Part shown: piece by piece, positions 1 through 10,391 of the stretch
Layout: each line of letters starts with the position of its first letter
Position numbering within the stretch: the stretch's first letter is position 1
Origin: Cercozoa sp. M6MM
Lineage: Eukaryota; Protista; Endomyxa: Ascetosporea
NCBI GenBank assembly: GCA_040357565.1
Contig: JBDODJ010000015.1
DNA length: 64,000 nucleotides
Direction: 5' to 3' (one strand)
Notes under the pieces: model-generated
What the model saw: the letters and a program-made list of their open reading frames with translations, nothing else
What the model was told of the DNA's origin: nothing
Database searches by the model: none
Position numbers and translations under genes: made by a program

Positions 1-411
1 GCAAAATACGAACTTCCCCGCTTGATTCGCTGCTGCATAAGCTCGAGGGCGTTTTCCATCTCCTTTGTGAGTTCCGAATCCTAGTCATCGCAAACATGTT
101 GATCGGTTGTTTGTTTTCAATTTGCTCGGATTTAACTAAACAGGACTACACGTTACCGCAAGGTTATGTTCCACGACTGCAACGGAGAGAAGACTCTTGA
201 GATCATCCAAAAATGCCCAAGCATGCTGCGTGTTGGATTGGAGCTGTGTTTCCAAGTTGTCCATTTCGGTGATTTCACTCATTGGAAGGGGTGGGCGCGA
301 CTCGCCGGACCCAGTCCCTGGACCATCGGACTTTAGCTGGCCTGGCAAGCGAAGAGGAGCACCAGTGCACGCAGCCACCAACAGCGCTAACCCGAAGCCC
401 AGAAGTTTCAT
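1..411 (-). CDS. Hypothetical secreted protein, 5' part (runs off the window start)
   Basis: ATG at 411 gives MKLLGFGLALLVAACTG, a signal-peptide-like start. A GT-AG intron at about 156-81 joins in frame to DSELTKEMENALELMQQRIKRG. Confidence 0.6.
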
Positions 412-748
412 GTTTAGCTGCCGTACCTGTGACACGCGTACCAGTACGGTAGTAAATGCCTAACTTCAGGACTGTTTCGGTCCGGACCGGCACATTCAAG
501 TTACTTTTTGGCCGCGCGTGGCGTGGCCGGCAGTTAACGTTGTCGGTTCGTGCTGTCGTGTATGAACTGAACGGCGCATGCGCTAAACCACTCCAGTTGG
601 CCGGATCAACTCGAGAGACTGAGATATAAGATTAGATGCACTGGACCCGGCGACGTGCAGTTCAATCGATAATACGCAGTAAACGAAAGAAAACAACAAA
701 GGAAAGATCCACTGAACTGAAAAACTGTCGTCGACTCGGATGAGTGAC

Positions 749-2603
749 TTAGACGACGAAACCTTCGGAGAAGGCACCGACCGGGAAGGCCCAAAGCGGC
801 TTTTTGTTGGTGTCGATCTTGCTCTGTGCAATAACACAAGAGGAGAGGTCGGTACAATGAGAGGAAGGAAGGAAGGAAGTGTGTAGTGTACGTAGTCGTT
901 GTTGTAGCGGTTGATGTCGTTGAGCGTGATGAAGCCCTGCTGCATGAGGATGTCGAGCAGCGGCTGGCGCGGCGGCATCGGCTTCATCCATGGCTCCAGG
1001 AGGATCCAGAACCAGCGCGTGCCCACCAGCACGTGCGGGAAGCGGTGGTACGACGACTCAATCTGGCCGAGTCTCTTGTTCTGCTCACACATCAACACAA
1101 GCACACATATACACACATATCAGTCCACACATTCCAGTGAGTGCCACCTCCTCGAGACGCTTCGGCGGCATCGGAATCGGTCGGTTTTCGTAGGCCTGTC
1201 ACACAAACAGATACCTCGCCCTGCTCACTGCACATCGACGAATGGCAAGACCAGTCACCTTGGTGCTCATTCTGAGTTGGCCCACTCCAGAAATGTTGAG
1301 CAGCTTGTCTCTAATCTGCGCACACACAGAGGAAGGTCAGAGCGTAGACTGCCTGATTGACTGAGTGGGTCTGAAGAAACGCACATCCGACGACGGATCG
1401 AGCTTGCCGGCCAGAATGTCGCGATCCGAGATGAACTCGTTTCGAATTTCGAGCGTGCCAAGGTTTCGCACACGCTGTCGCAAAAACAAACTTCAGTTCA
1501 AAAGAAAGGAGAGAAGAGCGAAGAAAAAAAAGAGGCAGAAAGCACCTGCAGGATGCGGCGGAGTGTTTCGAGACGTTCCTGCGGCGTGTTGCCCACCATA
1601 TTGGCCGCCAACGAGCCTTCCTTCACGGCCTTGAGACCGCGCACCAGACGCAGCTCGGCGTACAGTTCCCAGGCCTGACAAAACAACACGGGTAAGACTG
1701 GTGAGAAACAACGGCAACAAGAGATTGTGAGCAAGGGATGGTGCAATGGATTGTATGCAATGGGTTGTGTGATACGGCAGTGAGGGCCTCGTTCGACAGC
1801 GTGCCGTACTTGTGCGTGATCATCTGCACGAGTTCCGGCTCGCGCGACAGGATCTCGTGGAAGTGCTGCAGGAAGAACTCGGCGTCCTTGGCCAGCAGGT
1901 CATTGCACTGCTGCTGCCAGTTGCCCTTCTCAGCCGAGTATTCCTCTCCCAACAGGTACTCCATCAGCTTGAAGAACGCCATCAGCACCGGCGTCCACAG
2001 CACGCTCAGGATCAGGTTGTCCAGCGAGAACATGTAACCCCACGACGAGCGCCACATTGAGTTCACGCGGCCGTAGATTCGCTCACCCGGCGCTGCAGTA
2101 ACACCAGACACACTTGAGATATTTTAAGGCTTTCAATTACACCAACAGTTTCGAGCTTCTCACAACTGTCAACTCATGAAAACAGTCGATACCACGAACG
2201 AGCGTGCGCTTGTCGGCGAACTTGAACACAAGGTCCTTGAACGGACGTGATTGGCGCATTTGTTGCCACATGTGGAGCTGTACAACTCGAGTTCGAACAG
2301 GCAGAAGCAAACACTAAAGCCAACGAGATCACACACCATCGGCTGCGTCAGATCTTGTCGCTTCGTCGCCAGGTAGTGCGCATCGCGCGTGATGCGCGGC
2401 AGCGGAAAGTTGTCCATCCACGTGCGCGGCTCCTTGCCCGTCTGCAGGCCCAACGCAATCCGTAAACCAGACAATAAAACCGCAAAAGCCCAGCAGATCA
2501 GCAAAACGAAAAAACGCACATGGGGCTCCTTGAGCACACGAGCAGCATAGTTGTCAGCACGCGATCGCAACATGCGCAGCGACTCGGAAGCAGCGCGATT
2601 CAT
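749..2603 (-). CDS. Multi-exon hypothetical protein with one predicted TM segment (possibly mitochondrial)
   Basis: Hand-spliced GT-AG model: MNRAASESLRMLRSR...FKFADKRTLVRAPGERIYGRVNSMWRSSWGYMFSLDNLILSVLWTPVLMAFF...KPLWAFPVGAFSEGFVV*. Exons have strong GC3 bias. No family recognised. Confidence 0.6.
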
Positions 2604-2835
2604 CGTGTCGACGTCCCTGCAGGCTCGGTTTCACAGCACAACAAGAGACGTAAGCACAAACCCGTGCAGCCACTGAGTTAACGTTGCTCTGACAACAACA
2701 CTCGGCTGAGATGCGTTGTTAGCGGCTTTGCACTCGCTTTTGTGCAGCGAGTTTCGGAGCGCTGAAATGCAGACGTTTTAAAAGACTCTCAGAACATGTA
2801 CACCGCACGACCTGCAGAGAGGGCGTGCAACTACC

Positions 2836-4370
2836 ATGGAAGATACCGTAGTACTGCTTGAAAATGTCAAAAAGACATATTTGTTAGGTTTGATCAGTTT
2901 GTTCCATGGTTGATGTGCATGTTTCCTTTGGCCTGTGTGTTGCAGGAACGGAAGGTGTTGCCGCTGTGCGTGGCGTCGATCTACAGGTAAAACGCGGTGA
3001 ATTTGTCGTGATTCTCGGCAAGAGCGGTGCGTTGTTGCATCCATCCAACAGTACAAAATGATAAATGCCGGGTCAAACACAGGCAGCGGCAAGACGAGTG
3101 TGCTGAACATTTGTGGTCTCATTGATACGGCCAGTAAGGGCGACGTCACTATCTGTGGACAACGAGTGTCACGGGCGTCTGTTGGACACGACGATCAGGG
3201 CAGGTATCCCAAGGATATGGAAAGTAGCCAGCTATTTGATCTTTCTTGCCGAACTGAACTGACCGATGTCTGCAGCGATGAAGAGTTGGCTCGGCTACGT
3301 CTGGCCCACGTGGGCTTTGTGTTTCAGTCGTTTAATCTAATGGGTTCACTCAACGTTACCGAGAATGTCATGGTGCTCCGCTTCTTTCTTCAGTTGTATC
3401 TTGTTTCTGTTTTTGTGAGAGTTTGGTTTCTTCAGTTGCCACTGACACTGGCGGGTGAGTTGTCGCGCACACAGGCACGCGAAAGGGCGCGCGATCTCTT
3501 GGATCAAGTCGGTCTGTCTCATCGAGTAGAGGGTTCGTTTCTTCCGTTTTTTGTCCTATGCTTACCGAACTGACATGCACTGAACAGCCATGCCATCAAC
3601 ACTCTCAGGCGGCGAGCAACAGAGGTCTGCCTTTCCTTGCCGTTGTTGTTTTTGCTCAATGCATGTCCTATGCTTACCGAACTGACCTACACAGAGTGGC
3701 CATCGCACGCGCACTGTCCAATAACCCGGAGTTGTTGCTCCTGGATGAACCAACGTAGCTCAGCTATCACACTTGTGAGGTTGTCCGATTTCGGTATTTT
3801 CTGCTTATTTTTTGCAGAGGTGACCTGGACTCGGCATCTTCCGATCGCGTCATGTCGCTTCTCTTAGAACAACAGAGGTATTGCTCCGTGCTGCATGGTC
3901 ATTTAGAGATATGTTCCGGACAACAGGAAACGAGGGATCGCTCTGCTGATGGTGACCCATGACGTTTCACTTTCGGGACTTGCGGATCGCGTTGTTCACA
4001 TGGTTGATGGCAAGGTCGCGCGCGTCACGCCTGTCGCTGCTGTCATTCGCGACGAGGCTGTTGCCAACCTGCATGTATAGAAATTTATTTTTCACAATTT
4101 CCCGAAAATGTACGATTTTTTCTGAGCGAACTCACTTTGGAATGAACATGTCAGTAGAGGAGGATCGATGAGGCACGCAACACCAGCAGCGACGCGAGCG
4201 ACGTCGTGAGAGAGCAGCGCGACCCGCTGCAGCACCAGCGCAGCATCTTTGCGCGCCACCTGCGCATGCAGCGCGAGCAGCAGCAGGAGGAAGAGCGACA
4301 CCAGCGCCGTGTTCAGCGCGCCCTGCGGCGCCGCTCCTCGTCCGGTTCGGTTCCGGGCCCAATTATTTAA
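2836..4370 (+). CDS. ABC transporter ATP-binding protein, LolD/MacB/FtsE-like (ABCH-type), stand-alone NBD
   Basis: Spliced protein has Walker A GKSGSGKTS, Q-loop GFVFQSFNL, signature LSGGEQQRVAIARAL, Walker B LLLLDEPTGDLD and H-loop VTHD. The last exon (4159-4370) adds a charged tail RRIDEAR...SVPGPII*. Confidence 0.9.
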
Positions 4371-4419
4371 TGGCACTTGCCATTTAGCCGTCGTTAATGG
4401 CACTTGCCATTTAGCCGTC
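4367..4419. repeat. Tandem duplication of a 26-bp unit containing a palindrome, at the ABC stop codon
   Basis: ttaatggcacttgccatttagccgtc occurs at 4367-4392 and 4394-4419. Each copy contains the inverted repeat aatggca/tgccatt. Confidence 0.9.
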
Positions 4420-4567
4420 AGCTAAAAAGGCCCACTGCAGCTGAGTACTTATGCAATAAACGATGATCAAACACAACCGAACTAATACTGTACAATTAAT
4501 TAAGAACGTGACTGGCGCGCACGACAGAGACGTACAAAAATCGAAGAAAAAGCAATCCAGTGCTCGC

Positions 4568-5764
4568 TCATGACGGAGATTTCGGAGCCTGTCTGACACT
4601 CGCAGAAGCAGGCTCACAACACAGCGGAAACGGCGATTTCGGCGACCTGCATGTGACACATCGACCAATTCAAAGCACTAACGGCAACCAAAAGCTACTT
4701 GGGTGCATGTTGGGGTCGTTTCAAGATTCTGGAGAAACGACCCAGCGCTGACTGCGAGGGGGAAGCTGCAACAAAGAACAGAGTGAGAACTGGGACATAG
4801 AAAACGTCAGCAAGCGTACCATCGCCGTTTTCGTTTGGCAGGGGCACAGGAGTGTGACTACACAGTGTAGAGCTTTCCAACCTTCAACTTAGACATTTCG
4901 GCAGAAGTTTGCAATTTACGCATCCACGTCGGAAGCACGCCGACGCCGACGAAAAAGTGAACCTGCGATTTCTGAGATCCCATTTGCTTTGACTGAACGA
5001 AAGCAACTCCGTGTACCCAGGCCACGTTGCATCCTTTGTTTTAACGAGCGTTTAATTGAAGGTCTGTCAATGCCAAAATAAACAAAAGAACAACAAGCAC
5101 AAAGGATAAAGGGCAATGTACCGGCACGCTTCGATACTGCAGAGTTCGGGACATGAGTCACACAGTCGTACGAGGCCCTTTTCCATGATCGAAATGCGCT
5201 GAGCACAGTTCTTGTCGTGCCCGTCCCGAGCAAGGTCTTCCAGCTCCTGCCGCAGCGACGAAATTCTGTCCCAAGTGTCACGCAGCTGCCGCCTGCGCGC
5301 GAACGCCGCTTGTCGCGCTTCGTCACTGTTCTGCGGTGCACCAAAACATCTCTATCGAACTTGGTGTATATCTCCATCATGCGTTTTTGTACCAAATTCG
5401 GCATGGCACGCGTGATTTCACTCTTCACGAAACTGTGCGACAAGAGTTTCGCCACGGTTGCCTGAAGAAACACGGGAGCATCAATGGAACAAAAACACCC
5501 TCCAAGCCAGAGCTTGTGCACCCGCTGGTCAAAGTCGAATTTGAGTGTTTTCGACACGAAATCGCGCAAATCTGCGTTCCGCAATCCTGCGCACAAAATG
5601 ATGGTGTCTCACAGACAGCGGGAACGCGAAGAAGCGACACTACTAGGGACAAAGTCGAGAATCACTGTGTCGCGAATGTCGCGCAGCTCCTTCTCAAGCT
5701 GCACCATGACGGCGCGATAATGCTCCTCGTGGGCTTCTGCAGCAGTCTGCACACACACACACAA

Positions 5765-5819
<55 letters not shown>

Positions 5820-7645
5820 ATACACATACACACATACACACAGACACACAGACACACAGACACACGGACACAGACACAGACACAGACACAGACACAGACA
5901 CACACACATAACAAGGCATCGATTCAAATGAGAAAGTACTGCAGGTTTTGTTCGCACCGAGAATGCATTCTATTTAGGTACAGTATTCAATCAGAGTAAA
6001 AAGAATGCAATGATGAAGAAAGTTATTGTACTTGAACGGCGTCCTCCCAGCGGTTCATCAAAGTGGAGAACGCTGTGAAGTCTTCACTCGGCATGGCTTG
6101 CTCAATGGCGAGCATTCCGACCGCCCAAACGTCTGAAGCACGCTCATCCACGCGCAGCTCGCGTTGCGCCAGACTCTCCTGTTTCCAACAATCGCACTAC
6201 ACAAAGACACTTTCGGGTTGAAGACAAAACGTACCCAACTTTGCACATGCTCAGTTCGAGACAGCAGAGCGACTTCCGGGGCAATGTCTGGAAATAAAGT
6301 GTGCATGAAAAGGAGAAGACAAGAAAGGGAAAGAAGAGCTACAAAATGGCGTTCCACAACGCCGTAACCTTGAGCGTTCCAGCTGATTGCAGCGACCGAC
6401 AACTAAACAAAGCATACATAAAGTTAGTTAAGTTTGGATGACACTGGAAGCAGCCATACCCATATCGAAGTCAGCAAGCACAAATCGCAATCTTTCGTCC
6501 TCTGTTTCAGTAGATTCGATCTCGCAGCAAAAGCTGATGTGGGCAGGTACTACCCTCCCAGTCAATGTCGCCGATGATTTCTCTGGACGGTTTTGATGGA
6601 ACTTCGTCATCAGACAGTGGAAGTTTCACCGTCTGCACAGGAATTAGTGGACTAAAGTACGAGCGAAAGACACAAGCTGTTACGCTGAGTTGCGAGCGTT
6701 CAAGTTTATGTCCGTGCACGGTTCGCGTTCTCTCGAAAACGAGAATGTTCTACAAGCAAGGGATTATGTTAATGGATGCGAGAGCGGAAGGACTTGGACC
6801 TCTGCTTTGATGTCGCCATGCGCGACATGTAGCTGATGCATCTCGTGCAGTGCAAGTAACACGTGGGCCACCAGTGTCCGCGTGGCACGACTGCACTCAA
6901 CAATACGAGTTTTTCTACAGCTCAAAACAGCAGAGAAAGGTACACAACATCGCCGTGAAAATGTTGCGAAACGAGCCTTGGGAACCCGTTGAAAACGTCG
7001 CAGCTGGCCAGGGGCATTTCGGTCACCACACGGAGTCTACCCTCGTCCAATCGACGAGCTGCATCGCTGTGGTACCGCCTTTTGCCTTTGCTGCGTGGCG
7101 AACACACAGACGACAACCAGTGAAAAAACCTGGCGTGCCAGAAACGCCAAGCAAACAAAATACGCCAGATCGGCACACTCGGTGCCACGCAGCGCACGCG
7201 GCTTGTGTGCGTTTACAAAAGGCGAAGACGTCCAAAAAGGCGCCACGAGCGCGATCTCGGTCGTTTTGTTGCAAAGCCAGTCCAAGTACTGTGAGTTGGT
7301 TCCCTGAAAAAAAAACAAACTGAATGAAAAAGCCATACTATAAAACCGGCTGACAAAAAACGGCTTTTCGACCTCTTTTGGCGGAGATTCGACTTTGAGC
7401 GCGCGTGGGATTCCATTGATGGTCGTCGCAAACACTGAGCCCGACAGACCGCTTTGCACGAAGCGCACAGGCGCTGAATCGTCGATTTCGATGCCGGGTG
7501 TGGTCGTCACGGAACCTTTCGGGGTAGAAACTGAGAGTTTGATCGGACTGGCACCGGCCTCGCCTTCGTCGTTGTCGTCGCTGTGAGAGTCGATTTCGTG
7601 CACCGACGAGGTGCTCTCGTCGTCAGAGAAGGCGCGCTGCGACAT
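4568..7645 (-). CDS. Ser/Thr protein kinase (non-RD, DFD motif)
   Basis: Gly-loop SGLSGSV, ALK lysine, catalytic loop HGDIKAEN, LADFDM, CGTPFYIAPE and SDVWAVG assemble across GT-AG introns. The last exon ends APKSPS*. Confidence 0.85.
5750..5910. repeat. Compound (CA)n / (GACACA)n microsatellite in a kinase intron
   Basis: Directly visible tandem dinucleotide and hexanucleotide repeats. Confidence 0.95.
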
Positions 7646-7763
7646 TTTCGAGTAGCGAGCGCTAATGGCGGCCGAAAGCCGCGCAACTCTGTTTTTTAAG
7701 CACACAACAACGATCAAATCGCATCGGGTCGTTTAAATAAGTTTCTTGGCACCTAAGCGACAG

Positions 7764-7856
7764 GAGCTCTTCTGATGGGCATTTCGACATCGCAGGTTTC
7801 ATATCGGTTTTTCTCAGATCTGGGTCAGGGCAACCCAGCGAAGCACCCGATCACTC
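7764..7856 (-). promoter_or_regulatory. TPP-riboswitch-like RNA element (divergent P4-P5) upstream of the kinase
   Basis: Minus strand reads gagtg-ATCGGGTGC-ttcg-ctgggt..acccag-atCTGAGA-aaa-ACCGAT-aTGAA-aCCTG-cg-atgtcgAAATGcccat-cagaaga-gctc. P2, P3, J3/2 and J2/4 fit the TPP aptamer pattern. P4-P5 fits only loosely. Confidence 0.35.
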
Positions 7857-8054
7857 AAGAACACACCGACACAGGCACACGCCCGCACAGGAGTTCAAGA
7901 GTGTCACTTGATCCTGTCAGTTGACAGGGTGGGCTGCAACCGTTTCCCCAAAAAATTGTACAAACAGGCGCCAGAAAGCTCACGACAATATTAAAGCACA
8001 CGAGCTCCAGCTACTACACTTTAGCAACAGCACGCAGGCGCGTGTGTAGGCGCG

Positions 8055-10158
8055 ATGTTGTTCCTATTGACGGCGCTTCTGGGCGCTGTTGTGCTGGCAG
8101 ATAAAGCCAGAGTCTCGCATGGCGAGAAGACGGTGGGTCACACGCCCCTGTGCCTACTTTATATCTCTGATATATTTCATCGGGCAGGTGATCGAATCGT
8201 CAATTGCACCAGGAAATGTGCTGCCGCAGTACCTGTTCCTGCAGGTACGTGAATGCGGGCAAATCACTCTGCTTTACGCGGGACTGAAGTTTGACTTTTC
8301 TCAGGGACTGGTGGAAGGTGGCGACTTGCTTGGTGTCTCGATCGGCGGCGGCCGTGGCGTACTCTTTTTAACAACGTTCCCTGTGCTTTCTTTGCACCCC
8401 TAACTACAGGAGAAACGCCCGTACATGCCGCCTGACGAGTTCCCGGAGAAGTACCACGAGTACGCCTCACCCGACATGGTTTGTTTAGTGTATCTCGCCG
8501 GTGCTCTTTGTTTTTAATTTGTTTGAATGTTGACAGAGAGCTCGTCAGCTGCCGCGCTTGCGTTTCGATCTGTGGGTACCGAAGTTTAGTCGTATCCCAA
8601 CCCATGGTCTTTCGGAAGCCTTCGCGTAGGGCTGTGAACGCGAGGAGGACACGCTGCCGATGATCGTGCTAGAAAACGAGCGGTTCAAGCTGGAGTTGGC
8701 ACCCACAGTGGGCGGCAAGATCTACGCCATGCGCGACAAGCTGCTGCAGAAGGACGTCTTCTTTGACAACAAGGCGCACCAGCCGGCCAACATTGGCTCG
8801 CTCGGCGCCTGGAGTGCTGGTACCTTCTGGTACTGGATCAAAAGGGTACTATACGAAGGTCGCCTGTCTAGGTGGCTGCGAGTGGAACTGGGCGCCCGGC
8901 ATCTTTGGCCACTCGGCCTTTTCGGAGTTGCCGGTCTACGTGGCACAGCTTGACACTGACATGGTACTACCTGCGCTGGGCCACTTGTTGTTGTTGTTGT
9001 TTTTCTTTGATCCGTTGTTTTTTATTGTTTATTGTTGTTGTTTTTTTGCTTTTGTTTGTTGTTGTTGTTTTTTGCTGTTGTTGTTGTTTTTGTTGTGTTT
9101 TTGTTGTGTTTTTGTTGCTGTTGTTGTTTTTTGTTGTTGTTGTTTTTTTTTTGTGTTGTGTTTTTGTTGTTTTTATTGTTGTGTTTTTGTTTTTGTGTTT
9201 TTGTTGTTTTTATTGTTGTTTTTTTTTGTTGTCTCTTTGTAGTTTTCTAGGTTGTGATGCTGTCCTTCCTTATGACTTTATCTTGTTGCTAGGGTCCGGC
9301 ACTCCGTGTCTACGAGTTCGATCGCTACAACCACACGGCGTGGCAGGTCGATCTGATGCTCGATGATGAGGAACCTCTGCTCTGGGTACTATGTTGTTTT
9401 TTGTTTTTTGTTTTTTCCTGCATCCGCGCGGAAGCGAAATCGACTTGAAAACAGGTGCACGTGACAACGCATAACCCCACCACTCACGATGTCGACGCGT
9501 ACTGGTGGACCTGTGTGGCACACGAGATCAACGACGCCTCCAGAGTCGTGGCTTCGCGGTCTGCTCGTCGCGCGTCGACCTCGCAGGCCCGTCGTCGCAT
9601 GAACATGATCGAGTATGGCTGCTTTCCGATCGCTTGTCTGCTATCTCGAAGCAAAGCTTTGCGATTTCGAAACAAAGCTTTGCGATTTCGAAAAAAAGCT
9701 TTGCGATTTCGAAACACAGCTTTGTTATTTCAAAGCAAAGCTTTAGTTCGAAACGAAGCTGTACGATTTCGAACAAAGCTTTGAATTTCAAAATAAAGCT
9801 TTGCGATTTGCTTTGCAATTTCGAAACACAGCTTGCGATTTCGAAGCAGAGCTTTGCGATTTCGAAGCCAAGCTTTGCAATTTCGAAGGCGATTCGAAAG
9901 AAAGCTTCTGAGATTTGGAAGCTTTGGTGTGCGCAGCTTCCCGTTCACGAGGAACTTTGGCACGAGCAACGGGAGCTACGCAGGCTACAAGGACGGACCG
10001 AAGCAGATGGACGTGTCGCGTATGGGCAACCTGCTGGAATTCTCGGACTTTTTCCTCGAGTCGCCGGACGAGTCGGATCGCTTCATTGCGCATGTGGAAG
10101 GCGACGGTTTCTCCGTCGTGCATGGCCACGATCTCGAGGGCACCAAGTACTGGCAGTG
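8055..10158 (+). CDS. Secreted DUF5107-like protein (3' end lost in the N-gap)
   Basis: Signal peptide MLFLLTALLGAVVLA. Motifs IVLENERFKLELAPTVGGKIY, HQPANIG..GAWSAGGCEWN, LRVYEFDR and HNPTTHDVDAYWWTCVA match my recollection of the bacterial DUF5107 pattern. Confidence 0.7.
8985..9240. repeat. (TTG)n / T-G low-complexity tract filling an intron
   Basis: Nearly pure T/G sequence lying between donor gtacta (about 8964) and acceptor ctag (about 9292). Confidence 0.95.
9645..9925. repeat. 21-bp palindrome-rich minisatellite (aaagctttgcgatttcgaaac)n in intron 9613-9936
   Basis: About a dozen degenerate copies, each with AAAGCTTT and TTTCGAAA palindromes. Removing the intron restores M-I-D-F-P-F in frame. 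Confidence 0.9.
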
Positions 10159-10203
10159 GTATACCCCCTCTTTACCCCCCTCTTTACCCCCCCCCCCCCC
10201 CCC

Positions 10204-10303
10204 NNNNNNNNNNNNNNNNNNNNNNNNNNNNNNNNNNNNNNNNNNNNNNNNNNNNNNNNNNNNNNNNNNNNNNNNNNNNNNNNNNNNNNNNNNNNNNNNN
10301 NNN
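10204..10303. other. Assembly gap (100 N)
   Basis: N run immediately after a poly-C tract. Other gaps are at 26694-26793 and 34509-34518. Confidence 1.
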
Positions 10304-10391
10304 AAAGGGTAAAGGGTACACGAGGGTAGGAGTATAGGAGGGTAGGAGTACAGCGAGGTAGGAGTATAGGAGGGTAGTACGAAGTAAATAC

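Noticed and set aside
4148-4175. TGA readthrough, selenocysteine or alternative genetic code
   Set aside because: The region is the last ABC exon in another frame. All conserved genes checked (SMC3, DDX6, SQOR) splice without internal stops, and TAA, TAG and TGA all serve as terminators.
2836-4370. Bacterial contamination or operon
   Set aside because: The ABC and DUF5107-like genes contain multiple spliceosomal introns and lie among core eukaryotic genes.
5609-5957. ORFs of CVCVCV / HTHTHT, poly-C/F/V or YIYI (also about 9000, 31200, 34500, 35300)
   Set aside because: These are translations of intronic microsatellites.
7895-7925. U3 snoRNA (box A-like ACAGGATC on the minus strand)
   Set aside because: Boxes C', C and D are not present with U3 spacing.
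9645-9925. CRISPR array
   Set aside because: The palindromic units are directly adjacent with no unique spacers, there are no cas genes, and the array lies inside a spliceosomal intron.
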